A stretch of 60,697 nucleotides of DNA, the filler included. It is 3 parts of 3 records of this genome, joined end to end, with 100 filler letters (N's around TTAATTAATTAA, not from the genome) between each part and the next. Parts side by side here need not be neighbours in the genome. Positions count along the whole stretch, not along the records: positions 20,159 to 50,526 come from SRR20825006_1133; 2 more parts are not named here. One strand, given 5' to 3'. Under the pieces are notes generated by a model. The model did not search any database and was not told the DNA's origin. It saw nothing but the letters and a program-made list of their open reading frames with translations. Made by a program: the position numbers and the translations under genes. Shown here in pieces: positions 40,025 to 50,526 of this stretch; position 1 is the first letter of the stretch, and every line of letters begins with the position of its first letter.

Positions 40025-40869
40025 ATATAGGTTTTAAGAATCGAGTTTGCTGTATTGTAGTAATGCCCCCCAAAAAGATTTACGTGAACTAGAATGTAAT
40101 AAAGTTGCCAGAGTTTAATACGCGCTTTCCAGCCTTCACAAAGTGGAAAAACTTCGTGATACTTATCAAATGTATTTTCATTGAAACCGCCAAAAAGGCG
40201 CATCATTGCTAAATCCATTTCACGGGGTGCATAACAAGTAGCAGGATCTATAAGCACAGGATTTCCATCAGAATTGACCATAAAATTGCCGCCCCATAAA
40301 TCACCGTGAATAAGCGCTGCCGGTTCATCAGGAATAAGATCAGGAATGGATTTATACAGCAAATCAACATCTCCAAAAGCAAAACCACGGTCTGCCGCCA
40401 TTTTAAATTGTGGCATTAAACGCTGCTTGATATAAAAATCTGCTGCTGAAGCTTCTTCGGTATTGTATTGCGGCAAACTACCTATGTAATTATCCTTTTG
40501 AAAACCAAAAGCCGACGTAGTCTGATGCATTTTAGCCAGATTGTTTGCAAAAATTTCGTCGAAATCAACGCTAGGTTTTCCGCTTTCTATGTGTTCAAGA
40601 AGTAGATAGCTTTTTGTCTTAAACGTACCAACGCCAAGAACTTCTGGTGTGATAAAGCTTTTAGACTGCGCTAGGCTTTCTAAACCTAGTTTTTCTAAAG
40701 AAAACATTTCCGGGAAACGCTGTTCATCATTGATCTTGATCACAAAATTGCCTTGATCAGTAGTTAATAGAAAAACAGCATTGATATCACCACCACTCAA
40801 AGGTGGGGCTTGTTTAATTGAAAATGAAAAGCTTTGGTTTAGATGAATTGTAAAATCAGCGTCGAGCAT
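40021..40869 (-). CDS. fructosamine kinase family protein
   Basis: LSGGDIN, FGFQKDNYIG, LIHGDLWGGN, IDPA and REMDLAM. Confidence 0.9.
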   Translation of the reverse strand: MLDADFTIHLNQSFSFSIKQAPPLSGGDINAVFLLTTDQGNFVIKINDEQRFPEMFSLEKLGLESLAQSKSFITPEVLGVGTFKTKSYLLLEHIESGKPSVDFDEIFANNLAKMHQTTSAFGFQKDNYIGSLPQYNTEEASAADFYIKQRLMPQFKMAADRGFAFGDVDLLYKSIPDLIPDEPAALIHGDLWGGNFMVNSDGNPVLIDPATCYAPREMDLAMMRLFGGFNENTFDKYHEVFPLCEGWKARIKLWQLYYILVHVNLFGGHYYNTANSILKTYI

Positions 40870-41344
40870 AAGTTAAATACGTGAATGCATAATCGTGGCG
40901 CTCATCTTTGGGATGAAATGTTTCAGCAACAAGCTCCCAATCGTTCTCGTCAATTTTAGGAAAAAAGGCATCCGCCTCAAAACTGCTATGCACACGGGTA
41001 AGTTCTATATGCGTAGCCTGATCTAATGCGAGTTTATAAATTTCACCGCCACCTATCACATATGGGTTGTCGTCATTCATAACAGCATCAAGAGCAGCGT
41101 CTATACTATCAACCACAATTATACCTTCACCGGCGTCATACTCTGAATTTCGGGTAATAACAATGTGGGTTCTGTTAGGCAAAGGTTTTGGGAAAGACTC
41201 AAAAGTCTTTCTTCCCATAATGATATGATGATGCGAAGTAAGCTTCTTAAAACGTTTAAAATCATCAGGTAAATGCCACACAAGGTCATTGTCTTTACCT
41301 AACGCATTATTTTCTGCAGCAGCGGCAATAAGCGTAATTTTCAT
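40856..41344 (-). CDS. folA: dihydrofolate reductase
   Basis: LGKDNDLVWHLPDDF, IMGRKTFES, PLPNR, VIGGGEIY and ADAFFP. Confidence 0.97.
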   Translation of the reverse strand: MKITLIAAAAENNALGKDNDLVWHLPDDFKRFKKLTSHHHIIMGRKTFESFPKPLPNRTHIVITRNSEYDAGEGIIVVDSIDAALDAVMNDDNPYVIGGGEIYKLALDQATHIELTRVHSSFEADAFFPKIDENDWELVAETFHPKDERHDYAFTYLTYARR

Positions 41345-41347
41345 CGG

Positions 41348-41776
41348 TTAGGGATTTAAAGGAGGATTGGGGTTTATTGCTTTAGGCTCAGTTGAATTGG
41401 GCAATGGGTGTTCTTGATCAACTTTGTTCTGAAGTTTAGCAATCTTCTCTTTCTGTTTAGCCACTAGTTTATCTAATTGCTCATGTTCCCATTTTTTATT
41501 CATAAAACTGCTGAAGAGAAAAACATTCAGAAAATGAATTAGAAATAAGAAAAACCAAAGCAACACTGCCCAGACAAACCAATCGACTTGACCGGGTCTG
41601 AAGTTGGTACCGAAATCTAAAAACTTATTCAGAATAATAAGAAGAACCGCGCCTGCCAGAAAAACGATAAAATGTCTAAACAGATTTTTTTTCTGCTTGA
41701 TTCTAAATTGTGCGTGCTCTATAAGTTCTCGCTGTTCGCGGTCTATTTTTGTGGATTCCTGCTTTTTTGAGAACAT
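41348..41776 (-). CDS. 2TM domain membrane protein
   Basis: Two hydrophobic segments, HFIVF and W...LIHF, plus KWE (Bacteroidetes 2TM family). Confidence 0.75.
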   Translation of the reverse strand: MFSKKQESTKIDREQRELIEHAQFRIKQKKNLFRHFIVFLAGAVLLIILNKFLDFGTNFRPGQVDWFVWAVLLWFFLFLIHFLNVFLFSSFMNKKWEHEQLDKLVAKQKEKIAKLQNKVDQEHPLPNSTEPKAINPNPPLNP

Positions 41777-41834
41777 AAGAAAAAGTAAATTGTGTGAAAA
41801 TCAAATTTACAAGATTTAATCGCTATTCAACCTT

Positions 41835-42908
41835 ATGAAAAACTTAAAAAAGGAGTTCCCGGTCACTGCAAATTATACGCATCTCAACACGGCAGGTTCG
41901 GGTTTACTTTCTGAAACCTTGCTTGATTTTAGGCAAAATCACGACTTAGATTATCTGGTTTATGGTAGTGTGATAAAAGATAAACAGGATAAATTTATAA
42001 GCGGGGTACGTAAAGACGTTGGAGCTTTTTTTAAGTGTCATCCCAGCCGTGTAGCTTTAGTCCCTAGTTTTTCTATTGGCTTTAATTTTTTGTTAGATGC
42101 TTTGCCTTCAAAAACCAAAGTCTTACTCCTGCAAGAAGACTATCCTTCAATAAACTGGCCTGTTGAAGCTCGGGATTTTGAAATCTGTTATGCAGCGATT
42201 GATGAGCATCTTGAGGACAATATCCTGCAAGCTGTAGAAAAAGAAAAGCCTCAAATACTCTGTTTGAGTTTAGTGCAGTATGTAAGTGGAGTTCAAATTG
42301 ACTTTGAGTTTTTAAAGAAGCTTAAAGAAAAATTTCCTGATCTTATAATTTGTGGAGATGGCACGCAGTATTGTGGTGTTGAAGAATTTGATTTTGAACA
42401 AAGCGGACTAGATATTCTTGGTGCCAGTACGTATAAATGGATGAATGCCGGCTACGGAAATGGGTTCTTTCTCTTTAAAGAAGCGATGCAAGAAATATTG
42501 AAACCAAAAGCAGTAGGGTTTGCTTCCATTCGCGGATTGTATAAAGAAGAAAATGAGCACGCACTCATAGGTAAATTTGAACCGGGCCATATAGATACTC
42601 TTAATATGGGGAGTTTGCAAGCCGCTATTCAGCTGGTGAAAAAAGTAGGTTATTCAAACATTACAGAGCAGATAAATACACTTAAGAAACAGGCCTTAGA
42701 AGCATTTGCTTCCCGAGGGCTACTGGATGATTTTGTAACGCAGCGCAAGGTGCACTCTTCGATATTTAATATTAAAGGCGATCAGAAGTTATTTGAAAAA
42801 CTCAAGGCAAAAGACATCATCTGTTCTCAGCGAGGTAATGGAATTCGGATTAGTTTCCATTATTTTAATACCGAAAGTGATTTAGAGCAGCTTTTAAAGT
42901 TAATTTAG
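41835..42908 (+). CDS. class V PLP-dependent aminotransferase / C-S lyase
   Basis: HLNTAGSG, DGTQ, STYKW (PLP lysine) and IRISFHYFNT. Confidence 0.85.
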   Translation: MKNLKKEFPVTANYTHLNTAGSGLLSETLLDFRQNHDLDYLVYGSVIKDKQDKFISGVRKDVGAFFKCHPSRVALVPSFSIGFNFLLDALPSKTKVLLLQEDYPSINWPVEARDFEICYAAIDEHLEDNILQAVEKEKPQILCLSLVQYVSGVQIDFEFLKKLKEKFPDLIICGDGTQYCGVEEFDFEQSGLDILGASTYKWMNAGYGNGFFLFKEAMQEILKPKAVGFASIRGLYKEENEHALIGKFEPGHIDTLNMGSLQAAIQLVKKVGYSNITEQINTLKKQALEAFASRGLLDDFVTQRKVHSSIFNIKGDQKLFEKLKAKDIICSQRGNGIRISFHYFNTESDLEQLLKLI

Positions 42909-43097
42909 CATTATTTTCAGCTTAGCTACTGTTAATTAAGTGCATATTCCTTTAGAGAAATCGTTTTCGCTTTTTTATATTGATTTTCAATAGGTTAATT
43001 CACTGCGTTTTCTGAAAAAATTCGCATAAATATCTGATTTGTTGTGTTTTATATTTCTTCAATTATATATTTGTTAGGAATCAAAAAAGAATCTGTT

Positions 43098-43388
43098 ATG
43101 CCAATTACAAAACAATTTTTAAAGTCAAAACCAGAGTGTAAGGTAACCTTCACAGTTTTAGATACTGACGCCAGCAGTGTTGCCGTTGCAGGCGATTTTA
43201 ATGAGTGGGAAAAAGTAGAGCTTAAAAAGCTAAAAAATGGTTCTTTTAAAGGAGCATTAAACATTCCCGTAGATGCATCTTATGAATTTAAATATGCTGT
43301 TGACGGGCAATGGATGAACGATCCTGAAGCAGATAGTTATCAATGGAATGATTTTGCCGGAGCAGATAATAGCGTGCTTTCGGTTTAA
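43098..43388 (+). CDS. stand-alone isoamylase early-set (CBM48/AMPK-like glycogen-binding) domain protein
   Basis: CKVTF, VAGDFNEW and YEFKYAVDGQWMND. TATATTTG promoter element at 43066-43073. Confidence 0.82.
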   Translation: MPITKQFLKSKPECKVTFTVLDTDASSVAVAGDFNEWEKVELKKLKNGSFKGALNIPVDASYEFKYAVDGQWMNDPEADSYQWNDFAGADNSVLSV

Positions 43389-43403
43389 ACGTATTTCTTT
43401 CTT

Positions 43404-44378
43404 CTAGGAATCTGTTTTAAAAATATAGTCTGTAAACTGGCTTTCCGCATCAGTAAACTGGGTGACTACTTTTAGCCCGGCCTCTTGCGCGAGCCAGTTT
43501 ACAACATCGTCATCGTATTTCTGGGAAATTTCGGTATGAATACTTTCCCAAGGCTCAAAATTGATCTGAAGATTCAAATTTTTGAGCGTCACTTGCTGAC
43601 TTTTTGTACTTACTAAAAAGCTTTTGGTAGTACCGGTTTCAGGATCATAAGTAGGCCAGTGTTTGAAACTTTCGGGATTAAAATCTCCCGCAAGTTCTTT
43701 ATTTATTCGATGCAAGATGTTTTTATTAAAAGCTTCCGTAACTCCTTGAGAGTCATTGTAGGCTTTTAAGATTTTTTCCGGGTCTTTTTTCTGATCAAGT
43801 CCCATGAACAACAAATCTTGTTCAGCCATTGAATTTCTAATATTCCTCAAAAAATCAATTGCTTGTGGGTGGGTAAGGTTTCCAATATTAGACCCAAGTA
43901 CTAGAATGACCTTTTTGCGGTCAGAAGGCTGATTATTTAATTTTTCTAAAATTTCGAAATACGTGCCCTGCTTTACCTTAATGTTGATCTCTGGCCATTT
44001 TTTAAGAATTGCCCCCTCGAGTTCCTCGAGCATATTTTGGCTGATATCAATGGGTTTATAGGTGAAATCCAACTGCTGTTTTAGAAATTCTTCTAAAAGT
44101 ATTTTGGTTTTTTTTCCGTCACCGGCACCTAGTTCAATTAAATCAAAACCCTTAGATTCGTGAAATAGGGTTGCGATCTCATTTTTATATTGATCAATGA
44201 TCTGAAATTCACATCCCGTCAAATAATACTCGGGCAAATCCATTATCTGCTGAAATAATTTATCTCCTTTTTTGTCGTAAAACCATTTTGAAGACAGGCG
44301 TTTAGGAAATGCTGTAAGCCCTTCATAGACCTCTTTTTCAAAGGTGTTTTTGAATTGTAGTGCAGTTGTAGTTTTCAT
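43404..44378 (-). CDS. egtD: L-histidine N-alpha-methyltransferase
   Basis: PKRLSSKWFYD, LPEYYLT, IELGAGDGKKT, AYNDSQGVTEAFN and ESIHTEISQK. Confidence 0.92.
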   Translation of the reverse strand: MKTTTALQFKNTFEKEVYEGLTAFPKRLSSKWFYDKKGDKLFQQIMDLPEYYLTGCEFQIIDQYKNEIATLFHESKGFDLIELGAGDGKKTKILLEEFLKQQLDFTYKPIDISQNMLEELEGAILKKWPEINIKVKQGTYFEILEKLNNQPSDRKKVILVLGSNIGNLTHPQAIDFLRNIRNSMAEQDLLFMGLDQKKDPEKILKAYNDSQGVTEAFNKNILHRINKELAGDFNPESFKHWPTYDPETGTTKSFLVSTKSQQVTLKNLNLQINFEPWESIHTEISQKYDDDVVNWLAQEAGLKVVTQFTDAESQFTDYIFKTDS

Positions 44379-44387
44379 AAGATGCGG

Positions 44388-45554
44388 TTATTGCGCTAAA
44401 CGAATTCCTGTGAATTGCCAGCGCAATTGAGGGTGAAAAAAGTTGCGATAAGTGGGACGCGTATGTTTATTGGAAGTTGCGATAGAGCCTCCACGTAAAA
44501 CCTTCTGGCTTACCATAAACTTACCGTTATACTCTCCAAGTGCTCCGGGTGCTTTTTGATAATTAGGGTAGGGTAAGTATGCGCTTTCGGTCCATTCCCA
44601 ACGTGCTCCCCAGTTAAGCGCTTTATGAGCGACTTCCCATTCAAATTCTGTAGGTAAACGGCAAGCCTTCCATTGGGCAAAAGCAAAAGCTTCATAATAT
44701 GAAATATGGGTTACTGGTGCCTCAAGGTTTAATGGTTGCACACCATCAAGACCGTAATAAAACCACGAATTATCTTGTTTTTGCCAATATTGTGGAGCCT
44801 TTGTATGTAAACTTTTTACCCAGTCCCAGCCTTCGCTATGCCAGAGCAATACTTGGTCATAACCACCATCTTCTATAAATTCTAGATAGTCCTTATTCGA
44901 AACGAGTTGGTTTGAAATTTTAAAATCATTCAGAAATACCTTGTGTTTTCCTAGCTCATTGTCGTAGCAAAAGCCCTCACCATTATGACCGATCTCGTAG
45001 ATTCCTTCAGGAATTTCTATCCAGGTAGTTGATTGGTTAGAAGCCGGGTTTTCTGAAAATGACTCAGAATATACCGGTTGTAAGGGATTGTTGCCAAGGA
45101 TATATTTTATGTCAGTGAGCAGCAGTTCTTGGTGCTGTTTTTCGTGATGAATCCCAATTTCTACAAGCGATTGTAGCTCATCTGAAGGTGTATTCTGTTC
45201 AAGTAATTCTTGCAATTGATTTGTTACATACGCACGATAGTCATAGACTTCACGCACGGTAGGACGCGAAAGATTGCCGCGATCTGTACGAACCACCCGA
45301 GCACCCATGCTTTCGTAATAACTATTGAAAACAAAAGAGAAATTAGGGTCAAACTCCTTATAGTCGGTTTTAAACTTTTTTAAAATAAAATCCTCAAAAA
45401 ACCAAGTTGTGTGGCCTAAGTGCCATTTAGGTGGAGAAACATCTACAATGGGTTGCACTACATAATCCTCGATTTCTAGAGGTTTACATAGCGTTTCGGT
45501 ATGTGTGCGGGTTTCGAGTAAAAAGTCAAGAATCGTAGTGGTAGTAGTAAGCAT
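44388..45554 (-). CDS. egtB: ergothioneine biosynthesis sulfoxide synthase
   Basis: DVSPPKWHLGHTTWFFE, FNSYY, HHEKQHQELL, an FGE-sulfatase domain (WEWT, EYNGKFM, YRNFF) and adjacency to egtD. Confidence 0.92.
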   Translation of the reverse strand: MLTTTTTILDFLLETRTHTETLCKPLEIEDYVVQPIVDVSPPKWHLGHTTWFFEDFILKKFKTDYKEFDPNFSFVFNSYYESMGARVVRTDRGNLSRPTVREVYDYRAYVTNQLQELLEQNTPSDELQSLVEIGIHHEKQHQELLLTDIKYILGNNPLQPVYSESFSENPASNQSTTWIEIPEGIYEIGHNGEGFCYDNELGKHKVFLNDFKISNQLVSNKDYLEFIEDGGYDQVLLWHSEGWDWVKSLHTKAPQYWQKQDNSWFYYGLDGVQPLNLEAPVTHISYYEAFAFAQWKACRLPTEFEWEVAHKALNWGARWEWTESAYLPYPNYQKAPGALGEYNGKFMVSQKVLRGGSIATSNKHTRPTYRNFFHPQLRWQFTGIRLAQ

Positions 45555-45641
45555 AGCAATAATTTACATACTTCAAAAAGAAGCTTTTTAAATGTACGGG
45601 AATTATTGCTATGCCCTAGCTTAGACTGTGTTAAGCCCTAG

Positions 45642-46055
45642 TTAAAAGGTAAATGGCATAGAATATTTAATGGCTCTGGGTTTGCCTCCTGCCTGACCCG
45701 GAGTCATTTGAGGTATTGCCATAATATTGCGTTTGGCTTCTTCCTGAAGCACTTTTGTGCCGCCTTTTACACCAAGAATTTGTGGTTTGCCTTCCTCGTT
45801 GATCACAAAGTCTACAACCACTTTTTCCTTAACGCTTCCTTTTTTGTAGCCTTTTGGAAATTGAAAATTTGAAACTACGTGTTGAACCAGTTGTTTTTTA
45901 AAACAAGCCTTTTTTTCAGCTACCGAACCGGTACATCCCGGCCAAACAGGAGGGATTTCATTAATGGTGATTCCATTTCCTGAAACAAGCACGCCTTCTT
46001 GAGCAAAGCTGAATGCGGAAACTAAAAAACAAGTAATAAGTAATAAAGATCTCAT
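45642..46055 (-). CDS. TonB C-terminal domain protein
   Basis: PPVWPGC, VVVDFVINEEG and MTPG...YSMPFTF. Confidence 0.75.
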   Translation of the reverse strand: MRSLLLITCFLVSAFSFAQEGVLVSGNGITINEIPPVWPGCTGSVAEKKACFKKQLVQHVVSNFQFPKGYKKGSVKEKVVVDFVINEEGKPQILGVKGGTKVLQEEAKRNIMAIPQMTPGQAGGKPRAIKYSMPFTF

Positions 46056-46081
46056 AGGTATTGAAGATTTGGGGTTACAAT

Positions 46082-46933
46082 TTATATGGCTACTTTACCT
46101 TTTATGTGAGGGTGTGGATCGTAATTCTCCAGTTGGAAATCTTCAAATTTAAAACTGAAGATGTCCTTGACCTCGGGGTTTAGTTTGATCGTTGGTAAGT
46201 TGCGTAATTCACGAGTCAATTGCAAATTAAGTTGCTCTATATGATTGTTGTAAATATGAGCATCTCCAAAGGTGTGAATAAAATCACCCGGAGCATAATC
46301 GCATACTTGAGCCATCATCATCGTGAAGAGTGCATAAGAAGCAATATTAAACGGAACTCCCAAAAATACATCGGCACTACGTTGATAGAGTTGGCACGAA
46401 AGTTTTGGTCGTTTATCTTCTGCTTCGGGATCACCGGGAGCAACATAAAACTGAAAAAATGCGTGACACGGCGGTAGTGCGGCCTTACCATTTGCTACAT
46501 TTTCTGAAAATGATTTTGAAGTGTCTGGCATCACGCTGGGATTCCAGGCGCTTACCAGCATACGTCTACTGTTAGGATTGTTCTTTAAGGTTTCTATCAC
46601 CTCCTTGATCTGGTCTATTTCTTCACTATTCCAGTTGCGCCATTGATGGCCATAGACCGGCCCTAGATTACCTTCTTCATCAGCCCATTCATTCCAGATA
46701 CGCACGCCATTTTCTTTAAGATATTCAATGTTAGTATCCCCTTTTAGAAACCAAAGTAGTTCGTAGATAATAGATTTTAAATGAAGCTTTTTTGTTGTGA
46801 CCATCGGAAAGCCTTCGCTTAGGTCAAATCGCATTTGATATCCAAAAACACTTAAAGTTCCGGTACCGGTACGATCCCCTTTTTGAGTGCCGTGGTCTAA
46901 TATATGTTTTACAAGATCGTGGTATTGTTTCAT
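46082..46933 (-). CDS. thyA: thymidylate synthase
   Basis: [26 protein letters not shown] and [14 protein letters not shown]. Confidence 0.98.
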   Translation of the reverse strand: MKQYHDLVKHILDHGTQKGDRTGTGTLSVFGYQMRFDLSEGFPMVTTKKLHLKSIIYELLWFLKGDTNIEYLKENGVRIWNEWADEEGNLGPVYGHQWRNWNSEEIDQIKEVIETLKNNPNSRRMLVSAWNPSVMPDTSKSFSENVANGKAALPPCHAFFQFYVAPGDPEAEDKRPKLSCQLYQRSADVFLGVPFNIASYALFTMMMAQVCDYAPGDFIHTFGDAHIYNNHIEQLNLQLTRELRNLPTIKLNPEVKDIFSFKFEDFQLENYDPHPHIKGKVAI

Positions 46934-47063
46934 AGCAGGAGTAACATTTATGGTAAAAATACAGCTTTGAAAAACACTGTATTTTTTAAGATATTATTTT
47001 TTTTAATAATTTATTAACTAAATATGACTACTTTCGCCTCATAAAAATTGCACAGTCCATTAC

Positions 47064-47429
47064 ATGGTTTTAAAATCTAATTCTTATTCATTTGGTGAGG
47101 CCAAATATTTTGAAAGCTTTGTTTATATCAAATTTAATGAAGATTTAGATGAGGTCAAGCTTGAATACTCTAAGCAAATTTTTAAAGATATCGAGGCATT
47201 TTATGATGGAGCAAGATATGCTTTGATTTCTGAGCGTGGTCTTGCTACAGCTTTTAATCCCATTAATATGAAGTCGCTAAATCTTTCTAAGATGCATGCG
47301 TTAGCGGTGGTTTCTCCAGAAGGGTCACAACGTCGCGAAGAGCTTGTTGTTGAACAAGGGTACTACAAAGGTTCTTTTGCTTTTTTTACTACGTATAAAG
47401 CAGCAGAAGAGTGGGTGCTTACCTTTTAA
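47064..47429 (+). CDS. hypothetical protein (possibly STAS/SEC14-like)
   Basis: Clean 121-aa ORF with host-like composition. The C-terminal FFTTYKAAEEW resembles the SpoIIAA-like F...A..W ending. Confidence 0.6.
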   Translation: MVLKSNSYSFGEAKYFESFVYIKFNEDLDEVKLEYSKQIFKDIEAFYDGARYALISERGLATAFNPINMKSLNLSKMHALAVVSPEGSQRREELVVEQGYYKGSFAFFTTYKAAEEWVLTF

Positions 47430-47434
47430 TAGGT

Positions 47435-48850
47435 TTACCCAATAATCATTCCGGCTATAGTTGCAGAAAGTAGTGAGGCTAAAGTTCCTCCTAATACTGC
47501 TTTTAATCCAAATTCAGAGAGTGTTTTACGTTGCCCCGGAGCAAGAGACCCTATTCCTCCAATCTGGATTCCTATCGAGGCAAAATTGGCAAAACCACAC
47601 AAAAGATAGGTTGCCATGATGACTGATTTCTGATAGGTGAAACTTAACCCATTTGCCGGATTTTTGAGTTCGGCTAATTGAATATAGCCTACAAATTCGC
47701 TTGCAGCCAACTTAATCCCTAACAATTGTCCCATAAGCATAATGTCTTCTGAAGCGACACCGATGAGCCACATTAATGGGGCAAAAATGGTTCCTAAAAC
47801 AGACTCAAGAGAAAAAGAGGTGTATGGAGTATTAGCAGCTAGAAAGTCATTTAACGAGGTTACTTCGCCGATCTTTCCGAAGCCCCAATTGATCATAGCT
47901 ATAAAGGCTACAAAAACCAAAAGCATTGCACCAACGTTGGCCGCCAGCTTTAAACCTTCGGTGGTTCCGGTTGCGATGGCGTCAAGTATGTTAGACCCAA
48001 TTTTATCTGAAGATACTTCTACATTAGGATCTACAGGCATCTGCTGCGGATACAAAAGTTTTGAGATTACAATCGCGCCGGGCGCTGCCATAACCGATGC
48101 GGCTAATAAATGTCGTGCAAATTCTAAACGTAAGGCCGGGTCATCACCACCCAAAAATCCTATGTAAGCTGCCAGTACTCCACCGGCAACAGTGGCCATA
48201 CCGCCCACCATAACCAAAAGAATCTCAGAGCGTGTCATACGTTCAAGATACGCTTTGATCATTAGTGGTGCTTCGGTTTGCCCGAGGAAAATATTACCGG
48301 CGACCGATAAACTTTCGGCTCCTGAAATGCCTAATAATTTTGTAAGAACCCACGCCATTCCTTTAACTACAACTTGTACGATTCCTAAGTAATATAAAAC
48401 TGAAGTTAACGCCGAAAAGAAGATGATGGTGGGTAACACCTGAAAGATAAAAATGAACCCATAACTTTCAGTATCCATCATTCCGCCTAAAAGAAATTCG
48501 CTTCCGGCAGCAGTGAAATCAAGGATCTTTACAAATATCTTTCCTACAAATTCAAAAGATTTTTGCACAAAGGGAACTTTTAATACGCCTATAGCTAATA
48601 AGAGTTGCGCTCCTAAACCAATCCCGATAGTTTTCCAATTGATTGCTTTACGGTTTGTGCTAAATAAATAAGCGATGACCAGCAGGCAGATCATTCCTAA
48701 AACTCCGCGCCATAGACTATCAAAAGAAAATCCGGCGTTGGGTATAATTACTTTGCTCTCAGCTACCGGAAGAATTTCTTGGGCACTTTGCGCTACAGAT
48801 GATAGGGTAGAAATGACACTAACGAGTAGGAGTAGAAGTAGTTTTCGCAT
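47435..48850 (-). CDS. nupC: CNT (NupC-family) nucleoside transporter
   Basis: FQVLPTIIFFSAL, NIFLGQTEAPL, GGMATVAGGV and LCGFANFASIGI. Confidence 0.92.
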   Translation of the reverse strand: MRKLLLLLLVSVISTLSSVAQSAQEILPVAESKVIIPNAGFSFDSLWRGVLGMICLLVIAYLFSTNRKAINWKTIGIGLGAQLLLAIGVLKVPFVQKSFEFVGKIFVKILDFTAAGSEFLLGGMMDTESYGFIFIFQVLPTIIFFSALTSVLYYLGIVQVVVKGMAWVLTKLLGISGAESLSVAGNIFLGQTEAPLMIKAYLERMTRSEILLVMVGGMATVAGGVLAAYIGFLGGDDPALRLEFARHLLAASVMAAPGAIVISKLLYPQQMPVDPNVEVSSDKIGSNILDAIATGTTEGLKLAANVGAMLLVFVAFIAMINWGFGKIGEVTSLNDFLAANTPYTSFSLESVLGTIFAPLMWLIGVASEDIMLMGQLLGIKLAASEFVGYIQLAELKNPANGLSFTYQKSVIMATYLLCGFANFASIGIQIGGIGSLAPGQRKTLSEFGLKAVLGGTLASLLSATIAGMIIG

Positions 48851-48857
48851 CTATAAA

Positions 48858-49481
48858 TTAATTGCGTTTAGATATTTCGTCTCTGATTTTTGCAGCAGCC
48901 TCATAGTCTTCAGCGGCAACAGCTTGTTCTAGAAGAGAATTCAATTCGCTCAGAGATAATTTTTTATAATCGTTAGAAGCAGCGGAAGGTTTTTCTTCCT
49001 CTTCTTCAACAACCAGCTGGTCTACAAGTACATCATCTTCTGCTTCTTTAGAAACATCGTGATCAGTACCTTTTAAATAAATGCCGGCTTTATCAAGAAT
49101 ATTTTTATAGGTAAAAATAGGAGCGTTAAACCGAAGCGCAAGTGAAATGGCGTCACTGGTACGCGCATCAATGATCTCTTCAATACTGTCACGCTCGCAA
49201 ATGATACTGCTGTAAAAAACACCATCAACCAGTTTATGAATGATCACCTGTTTAACTTGAATATCAAAACGGTCTGCAAAATTTTTAAAAAGGTCGTGGG
49301 TAAGAGGCCGCGGAGGCTTGATCTCTTTTTCAAGAGCAATAGCAATAGATTGTGCTTCAAAAGCGCCTATAACAATAGGTAGCTTGCGGTCACCATCAAC
49401 TTCACTAAGTATTAAAGCGTATGCACCATTTTGTGTCTGGCTATACGATATTCCCTTAATATTCAAACGCACTAAACTCAT
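48858..49481 (-). CDS. bifunctional nuclease (DUF151) with C-terminal UVR domain
   Basis: LPIVIGAFEA, PRPLTHDL, IDARTSDAI and EDYEAAAKIRDEI. Confidence 0.88.
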   Translation of the reverse strand: MSLVRLNIKGISYSQTQNGAYALILSEVDGDRKLPIVIGAFEAQSIAIALEKEIKPPRPLTHDLFKNFADRFDIQVKQVIIHKLVDGVFYSSIICERDSIEEIIDARTSDAISLALRFNAPIFTYKNILDKAGIYLKGTDHDVSKEAEDDVLVDQLVVEEEEEKPSAASNDYKKLSLSELNSLLEQAVAAEDYEAAAKIRDEISKRN

Positions 49482-49501
49482 AAGCTGTAAAAATATAAAA
49501 A

Positions 49502-49544
49502 GGCTGTTTAAATGAGGACAGATATCCAAATTTAAACAGCCCTT
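49502..49544 (-). terminator. hairpin/terminator downstream of etfA
   Basis: GGCTGTTTAAAT...ATTTAAACAGCC inverted repeat. Confidence 0.55.
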
Positions 49545-49566
49545 TGAGCGCTCGAAAATACTAAAT

Positions 49567-50526
49567 TTAAGAGTTATTCGCCTTAAACTCTTTTAATTTT
49601 TCGTTTAGCTTAGGAACAACCTCAAAAGCATCTCCTACAATACCGTAATCTGCGGCTTTAAAAAAGGGCGCTTCCGGGTCTGTGTTGATGACTACTTTAG
49701 TCTTAGAGGCGTTGATCCCTGCAAGATGCTGGATCGCTCCTGAAATTCCCACAGCGATGTATAAATTAGAAGCAACAGGCTTACCGGTTTGACCTACGTG
49801 TTCGCTATGCGGTCTCCAGCCCATATCAGAAACCGGTTTAGAGCATGCGGTTGCTGCGCCTAAAATATCTGCCATTTCTTCAATCATTCCCCAGTTTTCT
49901 GGCCCTTTGAGTCCGCGGCCTCCACTTACTACGATTTCAGCATCGGCGATGGTAACTTTGTCTTTTACTTTATCAACCGACTGTACTTCAACTTTAAATT
50001 GCGAATCATCAAGGCTAGGGTCAAAAGACGCTTCCGTAGCATCTTTCTGCGCTTCTTTAAGACCAAAACTATTTTTAGATAAGCCTATGATTTTTACATC
50101 TGTGCTGATTTCGGTGTGATTGAAGGCTTTGTTTGTAAAAGCGGTACGTTTTACTTTAAAAGGGGAAGCACTTTCTGGTAAGGCCACAACATTTGAGGCA
50201 TAACCGGCTTCAAGGTCTACAGCGAGTAGTGGAGCTAAATATTTAGCATTTGCACTACTGCTTAAAACCACCACTTTTGAACCTTCGTTTTTAGCGATTT
50301 CGGTAACTGCAGCAGCATACGCATTAGCAGTAAACTTACTTAGTTTATCACTTTTTATGTGAACTACCTTATCTGCACCATAAGTACCTAAAGATGCTGT
50401 TTCTTCAGCATTAACGGCAACAGCGGTTACCGTGGTGCTCATCATATCTGCGATGCCGCGGGCGTAACTAACAACCTCGTATGCTGTTTTTTTAAATTTT
50501 CCTTCTTCTGATTCTGTATATACTAA
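49567..50526 (-). CDS. etfA: electron transfer flavoprotein alpha subunit (first codons lost at the contig end)
   Basis: [24 protein letters not shown] and [10 protein letters not shown]. The frame is open to the contig edge ([13 protein letters not shown]). Confidence 0.95.
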   Translation of the reverse strand, partial: LVYTESEEGKFKKTAYEVVSYARGIADMMSTTVTAVAVNAEETASLGTYGADKVVHIKSDKLSKFTANAYAAAVTEIAKNEGSKVVVLSSSANAKYLAPLLAVDLEAGYASNVVALPESASPFKVKRTAFTNKAFNHTEISTDVKIIGLSKNSFGLKEAQKDATEASFDPSLDDSQFKVEVQSVDKVKDKVTIADAEIVVSGGRGLKGPENWGMIEEMADILGAATACSKPVSDMGWRPHSEHVGQTGKPVASNLYIAVGISGAIQHLAGINASKTKVVINTDPEAPFFKAADYGIVGDAFEVVPKLNEKLKEFKANNS

